A stretch of DNA of 64,000 nucleotides, from the NCBI RefSeq assembly GCF_000143415.4, contig NW_003314413.1, positions 124,001 through 188,000 of the forward strand. The letters are read 5' to 3'. Each line of letters starts with the position of its first letter. Positions within the stretch are counted from its first letter, which is position 1. The notes under the pieces are model-generated. The model did not search any database. It had not been told where the DNA came from and worked only from the letters and a program-made list of their open reading frames with translations. Positions 10,601 to 24,552 of the stretch are shown piece by piece. The stretch is from Selaginella moellendorffii (Eukaryota > Plantae > Lycopodiophyta). The translations under genes were made by a program, and so were the position numbers.

Positions 10601-12097
10601 TGTCTAGGTCTTTGCTAAGACTAAAGCAGTCATTTCTTATACCAACTATTAGTTAGCATTACACCATAGTGTTTACACACAAACTCTATGCCAAAGTTGT
10701 TTTCTTCTGGGAATACCTTTCCCATAACTTTAGTATAATATATTATGTTATCAATGAAATACCCACTGTTCTCATAATCCTCCTCATCTTTCGTAGGGTA
10801 CAACACACCTCAATCCAAATGTTTCCATCAATCTTTTAATATCATTCCTTGACTTCACTTGAGTCTTTCAGGTTTTTGGACTTTGCTAATATAACGACCC
10901 ATAAGATCTTAGCCTCATGGCTAGTTTTGATGTGCTAGTTCTTTTGGAATATTACTTCTTGTATTCATGTCCTACTCACAAAGACCATATTTGCAAATAT
11001 TAATTTGACACTTGATTATTCTTTGTTTTATGTGGGCTACCTTTACCTCTTAGGACTATCTGTTCATATGATAAAATATCAAGTCATCCTCTAAGTACAC
11101 CCCCAACTCCTTGAGCTATTCTAACATTTATAGGTAGTGCCGACTACCATTTCAAGGACTTATGTTTTCATTTGTATTTAACCTCCTACAATCACCAACT
11201 TTAATGTTAAATTCTTGAGCACCATCCTCAACTATAAGAGGATAACTTTATAACTCCTTTATTGTTTAGGAGTTTCCATTATTCCCATGATCTAACTGTA
11301 GTTGTTTATCACAACCACATTAGCTAATTTGCTAAGTCAAACACTTATATGGATTATATCCTCAACTCTTAAAAAAAACTTTCTATTATTCCCAAGATCC
11401 CAAATTCGTGGACCTTTTCTATTCACCATATTGCTAACATGTTCACATATGAACTAAGGTGGAGAGTCATGCCCTCTTGATATGCTATTCCTCGAGGAAG
11501 ACCCACTCATAGAACCTTTCAATGTTAATATCAAGTGGTGATATACTTAACTATCAATAAGAGTTAGACTAAGGAATGGCTTTAATACCAAATTGTAAGT
11601 GACTAAATTTTCCATTCTACTTTAATCACTTAACCACACTTTTGACCACTTTGAGGAGTCTCACTCACAACCTCCATAAGTTTTACTCTAGACTTGGGGA
11701 CTTGCTAGCCAAATAAATGGCATTTATGCCACTTATCTTTTGCTCTTGGTCTAAGTGCTCCACATGTTTGATCCTATGATCGACACCTAAATGTTCCACT
11801 AGCATATCAGCCCATTACACTAATGTCATGCCCATTCACCTTTGTCACCCTAGTGGTCCAAAACCAACTACATCACAAACCCATTTTTTAAAGACTAGGC
11901 CATTAGTCTATGAGTGGTCATCTTATGATCACACTTTAGCATCCTTAGGATGCTAGAAGACATGAGAAATACCTTTCCCTAATGTCCTTTCTTTAGTTCC
12001 CACTAAATCTCCATCCACGGCCGTTCTCACCAACACTGCCATTGGGTCAAGGCCTGAAGGCCCAACCACTAAGTCCCACCGACATTTGGGACTTCCT
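7650..12097 (-). mobile_element. Old, CpG-decayed copy (A) of the gypsy-derived non-coding LTR family: 3' LTR remnant ~7650-7752, internal region 7753-11593, 5' LTR part 11594-12097 (interrupted by copy B)
   Basis: Colinear with 19400-24090 but with many C>T/G>A changes. A degenerate tRNA-Met PBS lies at ~11579-11590, and the LTR boundary TGTAAGTGACTAA starts at 11594. Confidence 0.85.
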
Positions 12098-15000
12098 TGT
12101 GAGACACAAAATCCCTAGGCCCCAAAGTGGAGCCACAAGGGTGCCATGTGGTAATGGCCGAAGTGAAAGCCAAATAAGCATAACATGTTTGGACTAAAAG
12201 TTTTGACTTGAAAGGTCGAGAGCGGGAGTGGAACTCCCAACGAAGTGCTCGAGGAACAAGCACGAAGCAAGCAATAAGTAAGTCTCTAGAAAAGGGATAT
12301 AGGAGGACCAACATATGATACATAGAGGAATTCGAGATGGACCCAAGATAGACCTGAGATGGAGTCCGAGATGGCGTTCGAGATGGACCCGAGATGGACC
12401 TAAGATGGAGTCCGAGATGGACCCGAGATGGAGTTCGAGATGGACCCAAGATGGAGTCTGAGATGGAGTCTGAGATGGACCTGAGATGGAGTTCAAGATG
12501 GAGTCCAAGATGGACCCGAGATAAAGTTCGAGATGGACCCGAGATGGAGTCTGAAATGGAGTTCGAGATGGACCAGAGATGGAGTCCGAGATGGAACTGA
12601 GACCGAGATCGAGTCCAAGTCCGAAACCAGACCGAGTCCGAGTCCGAGTCCGAGTTCAAGTCTGAGTCCAAGTCTGAACACTAATATAGGCTATTGGGTG
12701 AAATCCCAAAGGGATTGTCCCCTTGGGGGGGGGGGGGGGGGGTTGCAGGGGGTCCAAAAGTATAGTAAGGAGAGTATAGGGGTTGGAGCCCACTAATGGA
12801 GCCAATTTGGCCATGAAAGGCTAGTTTGGCCTAGGAATGCTATACCCAAGTGTTGGGGGATGAGCTAACCACTGGGAAGTCCAAGACTAGAGTGAATACG
12901 AACCAACAAGTGGGGTAGTTTGGTGAAATGTTCAAGAGCCAGCTCCAGTTCCCCTGGGAGATCGAATAGTCAATGCTCCCAGTCCAAGTATGGGTGGCAC
13001 TACCACCTTGGATACCTGGTGTGGCTCAACGGAACCTCGCTCTAAGCCCATGGTTAGAGCACCCAAAGGCAGAAGGTAGAGAGAGTACCCAAGAGGCTCG
13101 CGTAGGGCCACATTGTTCCGAAATGTTGTCCCAAAGTCTCAGACTATGGAAAGTAAGAGGAGTAGTCCTTTGGTATAGAGACCAAGGATACGGTCATGTG
13201 AGGAAGAAGTCCCAAAGGACTGTGGGACTTAGTGGTCGGATTTATGGGCCTTGATCCAGTGGCAATGTTGGCAAACATGGCTATGGACAGAAAGAGACTT
13301 GGTGGGGACCGGAAAAGGGATATTGGGGAAGGCTATTCCCCATGCATGCGGGCATCCTAAGGATGCTAAAGAATAAATCTAGGATGATCATTCATGGAAT
13401 GGATGGCCCAATTTTTAAGAAATGGGACTGTGATGCAAGTGGTGTTAAACCACCGGTGTGAGCAAAGTGAAAGGGCATGGCCTTAGCGTAATGGGCTGAT
13501 ATGTCAGTGGTACTTTGGGGTGTCGATCATGGGATCAGACATGTGGAGCACTTGGACCAAATGCAAAGTTTGAGTGGTAGGGATGCCATTCTCAGGGCTA
13601 CCAAGCCCAAGTCTGGAGTGAGACTCCTCCAAGTGGTCGGAGGTGTGGTTAAGTGATTAAAGTAGAATAGAAAAATTAGTTGCTTACAAATTGGTATCGG
13701 AGCTGTTCTTTAGTCTGACTTTTATTGGTGCTCAAGTATATCACCACTTGTATTGGCATTGAAAGGTCCGAGAAGTGGGTTTATCCTTGAGGAGTAGCAG
13801 GTCGGGAAGATATGGCTCTTCACTACAGTTTATGTGTGAACTTGTAGGTGAGGTGGTGGATAGAAAAGGGCCAATAATGGAATGACTTTGGGATCTAGGG
13901 AACAGTATAAAGTTTTCTTCAAAAAGTTGAGGATGTGATTCAGATGAATGTTTGACTTAGTAAATTGGCTAATGTAATTGTGGTAAACAACTATAGTTGG
14001 GATCACGGGAAAAATAAAAACTCCAAAACAATAAAGGAGTTACAAGATTATCCTCATATAGTTGAGGCTGGTGCTCATGAATTTAAGATTGGAATTGATA
14101 ACCATGAAAGATCAAGTATAGATGAGGACACAGGTCCTTGAAATGGTAGCCAAGGCTACCTTTTATAAATGCTGGAACAAACCCAAGGAGTTAGGGGTGT
14201 GCTAAGAAGATGAGTTGGTATTTTCATCATATGGAGAGATAGTCCTAAAGGGCAAAGATAGCTCACAGAGAACAAAAAATAATAAAGTGTTGGAAGTAAC
14301 ATTTGGAAAGATGGTCCTTATGAGTAGGACATAAATACACAAAGTTGTATTTTAGCGAGCTAACACCTCAAAAATAGGACCTTACAAGTCAGTGGATTAG
14401 CAAAGCTCAAAAATGTTGGATGACTCGAGTAAAGTCAAGGAATGGTTCTAAAGGATTGGTAAAAACATTTGGACTAAGATGTGTTGTGCCCCACGAAGGT
14501 TGGAGAGGATCATAAGATCCAAATATGAGAACAGTGAATATCTAATTGATGGCAGAATATACTATACTAAAGTTGTGGGGAAGGTGTTCTCAGAAGAAAA
14601 CAACTTTGACACAAAATTATGTGTAAAGGAGTGTGGTGACCCAGATAATAATGGAGGTGTGGAAGCACCAGTAATGAGTTGTAAAACTTGACAACTATGA
14701 GGGAATTAAGCAAAAGGTGCAAAATAATCGGTTAAACTAGTAGAAGGTAACTACCTAAAACTTTTTAATGGCATAAGGAAGTTATATATACCCTTATGAG
14801 GGATAAATTGTTTATGTTGCGATATAATAAGTCAATGTCATAAAAGGGAATGCTCATTGTCAAACATGCCATCATTGGGACACCCAAACACTCTAAAACA
14901 CCAGGAGGTGGTGTTTGGTGTCGCGAGGGCAATAGATAAGGCCCAAGGGACTAAGTCCTTAACGAATAATGGATAGAAGGTGTTATCCAAACGTCCAAGG

Positions 15001-15510
15001 TTGCAAAGACATGAGAAGACCATCTATCTGAATTGGACAAAGTTAAAAATGGAATTTTGGTTAGGCTAGTGATGGGCATATAAAGGCCCATAAATAGCAA
15101 CGTTAATCTTGGTGTGTGGGATTGTGAGGTGAGCATACCCAGATTGAGGAACCACTCTTTAGGCTATCAGGTAGGTTCATCCTTAAGGATACTTGCTAAG
15201 GCATGGTAGAAAGTGCAAAGCTATCCTCTTAGTCTGAAGGAGAATAACTGAAAGAAAGGTGTAAGGTCAAAAGCAAGTAATAAAGGGAAAGAACCAAACC
15301 ATAGAAATCGAAAAGCATAACCAAGGGTGGTTATGCCAGTTGGGAGTGGAGAATCAAGTGGGTGCTCAAGCATGTTGTTACTAGCAACCACGATACCATA
15401 GAGAGTCTAAAGCATGGAATTGTCCATGTTAAACCCTATAGCAATTAGAAAGCTTGTGAAAGGAGAAGCTTTAACAAACTAAGGGACAGAGTTCCTTCAA
15501 AGTTCCCAAA
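12098..15510 (+). mobile_element. 3'-truncated copy (B) of the same LTR family: 5' LTR 12098-13688, PBS 13692-13703, partial internal region
   Basis: LTR starts TGTGAGACACAAAATCCCTAGG and ends ...TTACA, followed by TGGTATCGGAGC. The internal part is colinear with 28250-30305 apart from a ~250-bp deletion. Confidence 0.88.
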
Positions 15511-15909
15511 GGACTCCATTTCGGACTCCACCTCGGACTCCACCTCGGACTCCATCTCGGGTCCGTCTCGGACTCCACCTCGGGTCCATCTCAGACTCCA
15601 CCTCGGGTCCATCTCGGACTCCATCTCGAGTCCATCTCGGACTCCATCTTAGGTCCGTCTCAGACTCCATCTTGGACTCCTCCACGTGTCATGTTTTGGT
15701 CCTTTTGTGACCTTTTTCTAGAGACTCACTCATTACTCACTTCGTGCTTGTTCCTCGAGCACTTCGTTGGGAGTTCCACTCCCGCTTTTGACCTTTCAAG
15801 TCGGAGCTTTTAGTCCAAACGTGTTACACTTGTTTGGCTTTCGCTTCGGCCACTACCACGTGGCACCCTTTTGGCTCCACCTTGAGGCCTAGGGATTTTA
15901 TATCTCACA
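15511..15909 (-). mobile_element. Outer part of a minus-strand LTR of the same family (probably the remainder of the copy A 5' LTR)
   Basis: GGACTCCATCTC tandem units followed by the LTR terminus ...CCTAGGGATTTTATATCTCACA at 15909. Confidence 0.75.
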
Positions 15910-17864
15910 CTAACTTGCACTTGCTAGTGTTGGGAACGCCCACGATATTGAGCTTGGTCCCTCAATATTTACTAGATGATAGCTTACCATGTCTGCCAAA
16001 CACCCTCACTATTATACACCTTATGTTAGTAATATTCGGTCCCAATTGTTATTTATAGAAAGTGTCTAGATTTACTCATTTGGCATATCTACGAAATGTA
16101 GAGATTATCTTGAACACAATATCCCGTGTCCAAATTCGCAATCTAGAAACATTCCATATTTAGTAAATTTTGAGTTAATCCCAAAGACTAACTCTTGGTA
16201 CTAAAGATGGCTAAGGGTGAAAGCCCAAAGCGTGTATTCTTCAAGGGGGGGAGTGGGGCAATAGAGGGTTTCAAATGTATAGTAGAGATAGTAGGTAAGT
16301 TGGGTATGGTCGACTAACTAATACATAGTTTAACTCTCGCTTGCATGCCTGTCTTTGTTTTGCATCCGGGTTGGGTTTAAGCCCAAGTTCCATACCATGC
16401 TAGTTGGTAGAGTACCCATATCCTTGCGTTAAGCCACCAATATGCTGAAATAACACAACTCCGTTTGGCTCAGTTTTATGTGTTGGTTTTGGCATTGGGA
16501 TATTGGATGTTCTAGGACTGTTCTAAGTCGCTCCGTGCTCCTGTCCCTTCACTCCTTGGGCTAAACACTAGAAAGTTACTCCATATCACTCTTTAGTTCC
16601 ATGCTTAGGAGTTTGGCTCCATTCCTTCATTCAATAGCCCAAGGCTCTGAAACTTGGGTTCTGCACAATTGTCTTTGGGACACATGGCATATGGCATATG
16701 ACACGTGGCTCATGGAAGGTTTAGGTTCTACTTCATGGCTATCCTATAGTATATCGCTATAGGATAAAATATAAAAACCATATGTACTACATTTAGTGTC
16801 AAAGGATACGTCTCAGAGAGTACTATCCAATGAAATTGGGCAACTAGTCTTGTTGCATACACAAAGATGAAAATGATGATCTGAGTGGTACATATTTAGG
16901 TGCTAAAACTTCGTATTCATTCCTTGGGTATAAATTTTGGTTACCTTTTTTGTACCATATTATATGAGATTGCTCTTGGGCTTATAAAATGGACGAAAAT
17001 GTTCTATTTTGCATGAGTTTGCACTTGGGTTTGTGAATGAGGCACATTATCAACATAAGGTTACACTTTGAGTTGGCAGGATTAATGTTAGTCTATCAGT
17101 GGTTCCATGAGTTATTCTATATACCGTGGATGAAAGTAAACCTCCCCTGGGTTTGCTAAGAGTGGTAGATAGACTGGTTCGTAACTATTTAGCACGACAC
17201 TAGTGAATCCTTCTTAGGCATGATTATAAATGGATCAATCAAGACTGTAAGAATTAGTCTATTGGTTTAAATAGTCATTTCTGTGCTCTTTCATAAACTT
17301 TTCTTAAATTGGACTAAAAGCAAGTTTGAGGTTTAGTCAAAGGTGAGACTAAAAAGAGAGTTATCAAGGACAAAGGATTGAATATATAAATCATTTTCTT
17401 TTCTTGGAGAGATGATTTGCAATAAGGTGTTAATTTGTTACTCATACTCACGTTATACAATTAAAAGTCCCTACCTTGATGCATGTTAGAAATGATGGTT
17501 TTACAAATGAGTTATAGGATAGATAGTAGTGAAGCACTAAACCATTTTGTCTAAGCTTGCTATTGAAGACTTGGGTTACAATGCTTAATTCTTTTCCAAA
17601 GAACCTTGCTATTGCTCTTTGAGTGGCTTAGTATTGAATTAGTTTTGAGTTTGGTTAGAAAGAGAGTGGTATGAGTTTGTTTGTGTTGTGAATAAAAGTT
17701 AGTGGTGTTAAGTGTTGTAATCTTTATCAGTGGAGTGTGGCAATTATATTGTATTTTATCAAATCGAGTTGGCATTTGATATTCACGTATACTTTTGAAG
17801 TAATAATATAAGCTTAGTCATAGTATTGTTCAATTTGATCAAGTTATTGTGATTTTTATATCAT

Positions 17865-20800
17865 TGTAAGTGACTAATTTTTCCATTTTACTTTAGTCAC
17901 TTAACCATACCTCCGACCCCTTGGAGGAGTCTCATTCACAACTTCCATAAGTCCTAGTTAGGACTTGGGGCTTGCTAGCCTTGAGAATGGCATCCATGCC
18001 ACTCCACCTTTGCACTTGGTCCAAGTGCTCCACGTGTCCGATCCCATGACTGACACCCCAAGGTACCATCGACATATCACCTTGTTACACTAAGGCCATG
18101 CCCCTTCACCTTGGGTCACACCGATGGTCTAACTCCACATGCAGCACAGTCCCGTCTCTCGAGGACTGGGCCATCTGTCCATATGTGATCACTCTATATC
18201 CACTCCTTAGCATCCTTCGGATGCCTATAGACATGGGGAATAGCCTTCCCCAATATCTCCTTTCCAGTCCTCACCAAATCCCTTTCTGTCCATGGCCGTG
18301 CTCGCCAACACTGCCACTAGACCAAGGCCCACAGGCCTGACCACTAAGTCCCATGGTCCTCTGGGACTTCCTCATCATGTGACTGTGTTCTTGGTCACCA
18401 CACGGGAGGGCTACTCCTCTTCCTTTCCACAGTCTGGGACTTTGGGACACCATTTCGGAACACCGTGGCCCTACGTGGGCCTCATGGGTACTCTCCCTGC
18501 CTTCCGCCTTTGGGTGCTCTAGCCATGGGCTTAGAGTGAGGTTTCGTTGAGCCACGCCTGGTATCCAAGTAGGTAGTGCCACCCACACTTGGACTGGGAG
18601 CATTGACCATTCGATCTCCTGGGGGAACTAGAGCCGGCTCTTGAACACTTCACCAAACTACCCCGCTTGTCGGTCCATATTCACTTTAGTCTTGGACTTC
18701 CCAGTGGTCAGCTCATCACCCAACACTGGGTATGGCCTTCCTGGGCCCAACTGGCCTTTCCTGGGCCAAACTGGCCTTTCCTGGCCCAACTGGCTCCACT
18801 AGGCTCCAACCCCCACACTCTCCCTACTATACTTTTGGAACCCCCCGCAGCCCCCCCTCCTGGGGGACGATCGCTTTGGGCTTTCACCCAACTGCCTGTA
18901 TTAGTATTCGGACTCGGACTCGGGCTCGAACTCGGACTTGGACTCGGTCTCGGTCCTGGTTTCGGACTCGGACTTGGTCTCAGTCTCGGTCTCGGCCTCG
19001 GTCTCAGTCTCGGTCTCGGTTCCATCTCGGACTCCATCTCGGGTCCATCTCGGACTCCATCTCGGACTCCGTCTTGGGTCCATCTCAGACTCCATCTCGG
19101 GTCCACCTCGGACTCCATCTCGGACTCCATCTCGGGTCCACCTCGGACTCCATCTCGGACACCATCTCGGGTCCATCTCGGACTCCATCTTGGGTCCATC
19201 TCAGACTCCACTTCGGGTCCATCTCGAACTCCATCTCGGGTCCATCTCTAACTCCGCTTCGGGTCCATCTCGGACTCCATCTCGGACTCCTCCACGTGTC
19301 ATGTGTTGGTCCTTTTTTGGGTCCCTTTTTGGAACCTTGCTTATTAGTTGCCTCGTGCTCGCTCCTCAAGCACTTTATTGGGAGTTCCACTCCCGCTCTC
19401 GACCTTCCAAGTCAGAGCTTTTAGTCCAAACGTGTTACGCTCATTTGGCTTTCGCTTCGGCCACTACCATGTGGCACCCTTTCCGGCTCCACTTTGGGGC
19501 CTAGGGATTTTGATTCTCACAACTCTACCACCCATAGACAAAGTTCAATGTCCTCATCGAATAGTAAACCCTTTCATAAAGTAATACCCACACGTGTTAC
19601 CATTTCCATCTTTGGCACCTAGCCAATATTTGTCTATGGTTTGACACCAAAGGCTCACCATGCCTTGTCCATCCTCTAAGGAGCATAGTCTCTCCAACTT
19701 AGAGACTCATTCGACCATTTGTGATGGTTCTCTCCTTCTATTGGTTCAGTTTTCACTAAACCTGTTAGAGACCCCTTCTCTAACTCGATTCTCACTACTC
19801 ATCCTCGAGTAGTCTTAGTGTCCATCGACATAACCTTTGCACTTTAGAACTTTTAATTTTGACTTCTCAGAGTCAATTTCCTAGGTGTCTCCAACACCTT
19901 ACATTGCACATGGTGCAACTCCACTTCCCCATCCTAGGAAGTTCTTTACTTGAGGACACCTTCATCCTCTCTTCGATATCGTGCCACCTTTGGCACTAAG
20001 TTCCAGTTATTATAATTTGTGCTAGGGCTGCCCGCAGCCCTATTATTTGGCTACCTTACTGCTCCCCCCCTTGGAGCTTCCACTTTCGCCAAATCAGAGC
20101 GGTTGGGAATCCATCCTTGGGAAAACATTGCCTTTCCCACAATCCATTAGCACCCAACATATTAGTGTTCTCGGCCTGATTTTTCCATTTGGATTCTTCC
20201 CCCTAATTCCCATGGCTCTTTCTTAGCCACTAGTCTTTTGCTCCTATCCTTGATTGTTGCACCCAGCAACATAGGATCGCTACCTCCATTTTCGAGGTAT
20301 CCTTTCGGTTCCATAGCAAAGACTCTCCTTTGCCAAGTCCGGAAGGTGTTCACCCCTAGTACGTCTCTTTAGCATTTTCTGTTGTGGGCTTTATCCACAG
20401 CCCAACTCTATGACCCTCCCATGGGTCTCTTATAGAGACTACTTTCCTTAGACTCACTACGTTATTACATTGACATATCTCATTTCCCTAAGGTGTCCTT
20501 CTCACTTGGTCACCTTGACCAAGCCACACCATCATCAATAGTTCCAATCAACACTTTGAACTTGGAACTTTATCCCTTAACCTCATAAGGACTTTGTCCT
20601 TGTTTTGGCCATAAGATCACCTAGTGATCTAACCTTGGCACCTTAACAGGTTTGCCAATAGATACTAGGTCTTCTAGACCTTCAAGTTGTTGACCATGAC
20701 CCCGGGGGCATCCCCCACACTTGGCGGTGCACCCAAGCCAGCCCTTCCGGCTAAGGGTCCATAGCAACTGAGACTGGGTGTCCCTATCTCATTCACCCCG

Positions 20801-23800
20801 TCCTTGATGCCACTCGCACCTAGTGTTCAAGTTAGATATGCCGAGCCACACTAAGCAATCTAACCGTGCATCACGACTCCGGGGCATCCCCCACTTGGCG
20901 GTGTGCCCAAACCAGTCTCCTTACCGAGAGTCCATGACCACCGAAAAATGAGTGTCCTCATATTTCAAACCATCACCGCGCCCTAGTGAGTTGGGACTCG
21001 AACCCAAGCACTAGAGGGTCGGGACTCGAACCCAACCTCCGTATATGCATCTACGGACGGCATCACACAAGATGTCTGGCGTGACTCCCCACGCTGGTGC
21101 ACCAACTTTTATTTAAAGCACGCTACAGATCACAGTTTAGGAACCTAGTTCCTCCACACTGCCAAGTCCTCTCACTTGACACATCTGTGATCATGCATGG
21201 ACTCCTTCATGCTTGGCCCCATTGGCCACCCTTTTGAAGTTAACACTTTTAACTAGGGTATTTGTTCCCCCCGTCTTGCCAATCTCACTTAGCAAGTCAG
21301 CCGGCCACTGTAACATGGTTCGTGCATAAGCGTGAAAGTCCTTAATCATTGACTTTTGTTCAAAGCCCTCTCTTTGAACACTCAGGAACTACTTCCCCAA
21401 CCTTGATAACTTCGCCTCATGGCAAGCTTCAAGACCACGCTTTTGCTGCGCCACTCTGATTTTGCGCGTTTATGAACCATTTACACTTGGCTTTCTAGGT
21501 ATCCAGCTACCCTGAACTGTCTTTGGGAACCTTTCGAAGGAACTCTGTCCCTTTAGCTTGTTAAGGCCTTTCCTTTCGCAAGCTTTCCAATTGCCATATA
21601 ATCTAATATGGATAATTCCACATTTTAAACTTTTCATGGCATCGCGGTTGTTAGTAACAACATCCTCGAGCACCTTTTTGATTTTCCACTCCCAACTTGC
21701 ATAACCACCATTGGTTATGCCCTTCAATTTCTATGGTTCAGTTCCATCCCAATACTACTTGCCCTTTGGCCTCATGTGTTTCCTTTGGTTATTCTTCTCA
21801 AGACTAGGAGGATAGCTTTGCACATTCTACCATGCCTTAGCAAGTATTCATAGGGATGAACCTACCCAATAGCTTAGGGAGTGATTCCTCAATTTGGGCA
21901 TGCTCACCTTATAATCCCACACACCGGGATTACCTTTGCTACTTATGGGCTTCCATATGCCCATCACTAGCTTTGCCAAAATCCCATTTTTAGTTTTGTC
22001 CAAATCAGGTAGACGGATTCCTCCCGTCTCCACAACCTTGGACATTTGGATAGCACCTCCTATCCATCATTCGCTAGGGACTTTATCCCTTGGGCCTTAT
22101 CTATTGCCCTCGCGACACTAAACACCATCTCTTGGTGTTCTAGAGTGTTTAGGTGTCCTAATGATGGCCTCTTTGGCAATGAGCATTCCCTTTACGACAC
22201 TGACCTACTATTTCACAGCATAAGCAATTTATCCCTCATAAGGGTATATCTAACTTCTTTATCCCAATAAGAAGTGTTAGGTAGTTGCCTTCTACTAGTT
22301 TAATAAATTATTTTGCACCTTTTGCTTAGTTGTCTCATAGTTGTCAAGTCCTACAACTCATTGCTGGTGCTTCCACACCTCCATCATTATCTGGGTCACC
22401 ACACTCTAACCGCATGCCTTCTAGCTTAGGCTATGCCATTCCTATTTCCATTAGGATTCGTTTGGACGGGGTTCTCATGAACCCGCCAACTTGACCTCAA
22501 GGCAGCACGCCTTGGCACCTTCGGTGTCTCCACACCATCGGCTCCACGAGCCTACCTTTATGACACTTCTTACTTATGTTTAGGTCTTTTTGCCAAGACC
22601 AATATGGTTGTCTCTTATGCCAATTATCCACTAGCATTGCACTATAGTGTTTGCACCCAACTTTGGGCCAAAGTTGCTTTCTTCTAGGAACATCTTTCCC
22701 ACAACTTTAGCATAGCACATTCTGCCATCAATGAAATACCTACTGTTCTCATACTTGGATCTTATGATCCTCCCCATACCTCATAGGGCACCATACACCT
22801 CAGTCCAAATGCTTCAACCAATCCCTTAGGACCATTCCCTGACTCCACTTGAGTCATCCAGCATTTTAGACTTTGCTAATCTAACGACCTGCGAGGTCTT
22901 AGTCTTCGAGGTGCCAACTCGTTGGAATACAACTTCTTGTATTCAAGTCCTGCTCACAAGGACCATCTTTGCAAGTGTTCCTCTGACACTTGATTTGTTC
23001 TCTTGGGGCAACCTTTTGCCCCTTAGGACCACTTGTCCATGTGATGAGAATACCAACTCATCCTCTAAGTACACCCCCAACTCCTTGGGTTGTTCCATCA
23101 TTTATTAGAGGTAGCCCTGGCTACCATTTCAAGGAATTGTGTCCTCTTCCGTACTTGACCTCCCACGGTCATCAATTCCAGTCTCAAATTTATGAGCACT
23201 TGCCTCAACTATGTGAGGATAATCTTATGACTCCTTTATTGTTTTGGAGTCTCTATCTTTCCCGTGATCCCAACTATAGTTGTTTACCAAAACTACCTTA
23301 GTCAATTTGATGAGCCAAATGCTCATCCGGATCACATCCTCAACTCAATAAGGAAAACCTTGCACTATTCCCAAGATCCCAAAGTCGTTCCATTATTGGC
23401 CATTTTCTATCCACCACCTCGTTTACAAGTTCACACGTGAACTGTAATGGAGAGCTATGTCTTCCCGACTTGCTACTCCGCAAGGATAGGCCAACTCCTC
23501 GGACTTTCTGATGCCAACACAAGTGATGATATACTTGAGCACCAATAAAAGTCAGACTAAAGAACAGTTTCGATACCAAGTTGTAAGTGACTAATTTTTC
23601 CATTTTACTTTAGTCACTTAACCGTACCTCCGACCCTTTGGAGGAGTCTCATTCACAACTTCCATAAGTCCCAGTTAGGACTTGGGGCTTGCTAGCCTTG
23701 AGAATGGCATCCATGCCACTCCACCTTTGCACTTGGTCCAAGTGCTCCACGTGTCCGATCCCATGATGGACACCCCAAGGTATCATCGACATATCACCTT

Positions 23801-24552
23801 GTTACGCTAAGGCCATGCCCCTTCACCTTGGGTCACACCGATGGTCTAACACCACCTGTAGCACAGTCCCGTCTCTCGAGGACTGGGCCATCTGTCCATG
23901 TGTGATCACTCCATATCCACTCCTTAGCATCCTTCGGACGCCTATAGACATGGGGAATAGCCTTCCCCAATATCTCCTTTCCGGTCCTCACCAAATCCCT
24001 TTCTGTCCATGGCCGTGCTCACCAACACTGCCACTGGACCAAGGCCCACAGGCTTGACCACTAAGTCCCATGGTCCTCTAGGACTTCCTCACCATGTGAC
24101 TATGTCCTTGGTCACCACACGGGAGGGCTACTCCTCTTCCTTTTCACAGTTTGAGACTTTGGGACACCATTTCGGAACACCGTGGCCCTACGTGGGCCTC
24201 ATGGGTACTCTCCCCACCTTCCGCCTTTGGGTGCTCTAGCCATGGGCTTAGAGCGAGGTTCCATTGAGCCCCGCCTGGTATCCAAGTAGGTAATGCCACC
24301 CACACTTGGACTGGGAACATCAACCATTCGATCTCCCAGAGGAACTAGAGCCGGCTCTTGAACANNNNNNNNNNNNNNNNNNNNNNNNNNNNNNNNNNNN
24401 NNNNNNNNNNNNNNNNNNNNNNNNNNNNNNNNNNNNNNNNNNNNNNNNNNNNNNNNNNNNNNNNGTTACGCTCGTTTGGCTTTCGCTTCGGCCACTACCA
24501 TGTGGCACCCTTTCCGGCTCCACTTTGGGGCCTAGGGATTTTGATTCTCACA
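17865..24552 (-). mobile_element. Complete copy (C) of the non-coding LTR family: 3' LTR 17865-19521, 5' LTR 23582-24552 (contains gap), TSD ATCAT
   Basis: TG...CA LTR ends on the minus strand. A perfect 5-bp TSD ATCAT is at 17860-17864 and 24553-24557. PBS is at ~23567-23578 and a purine tract at 19522-19536. Confidence 0.93.
24365..24464. other. Assembly gap (100 N) inside an LTR
   Basis: Run of N where the LTR tandem-repeat tract is expected. Confidence 1.

Noticed and set aside
12335-12675. Regular short repeats resembling a CRISPR array or repeat-protein ORFs (SDSISGPSRT, RTRDGVRDG; also 18.9-19.3, 26.9-27.3 and 32.6-32.9 kb)
   Set aside because: These are head-to-tail 6- and 11-nt units without unique spacers, located inside LTRs. 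The ORFs are a by-product of stop-free repeats.
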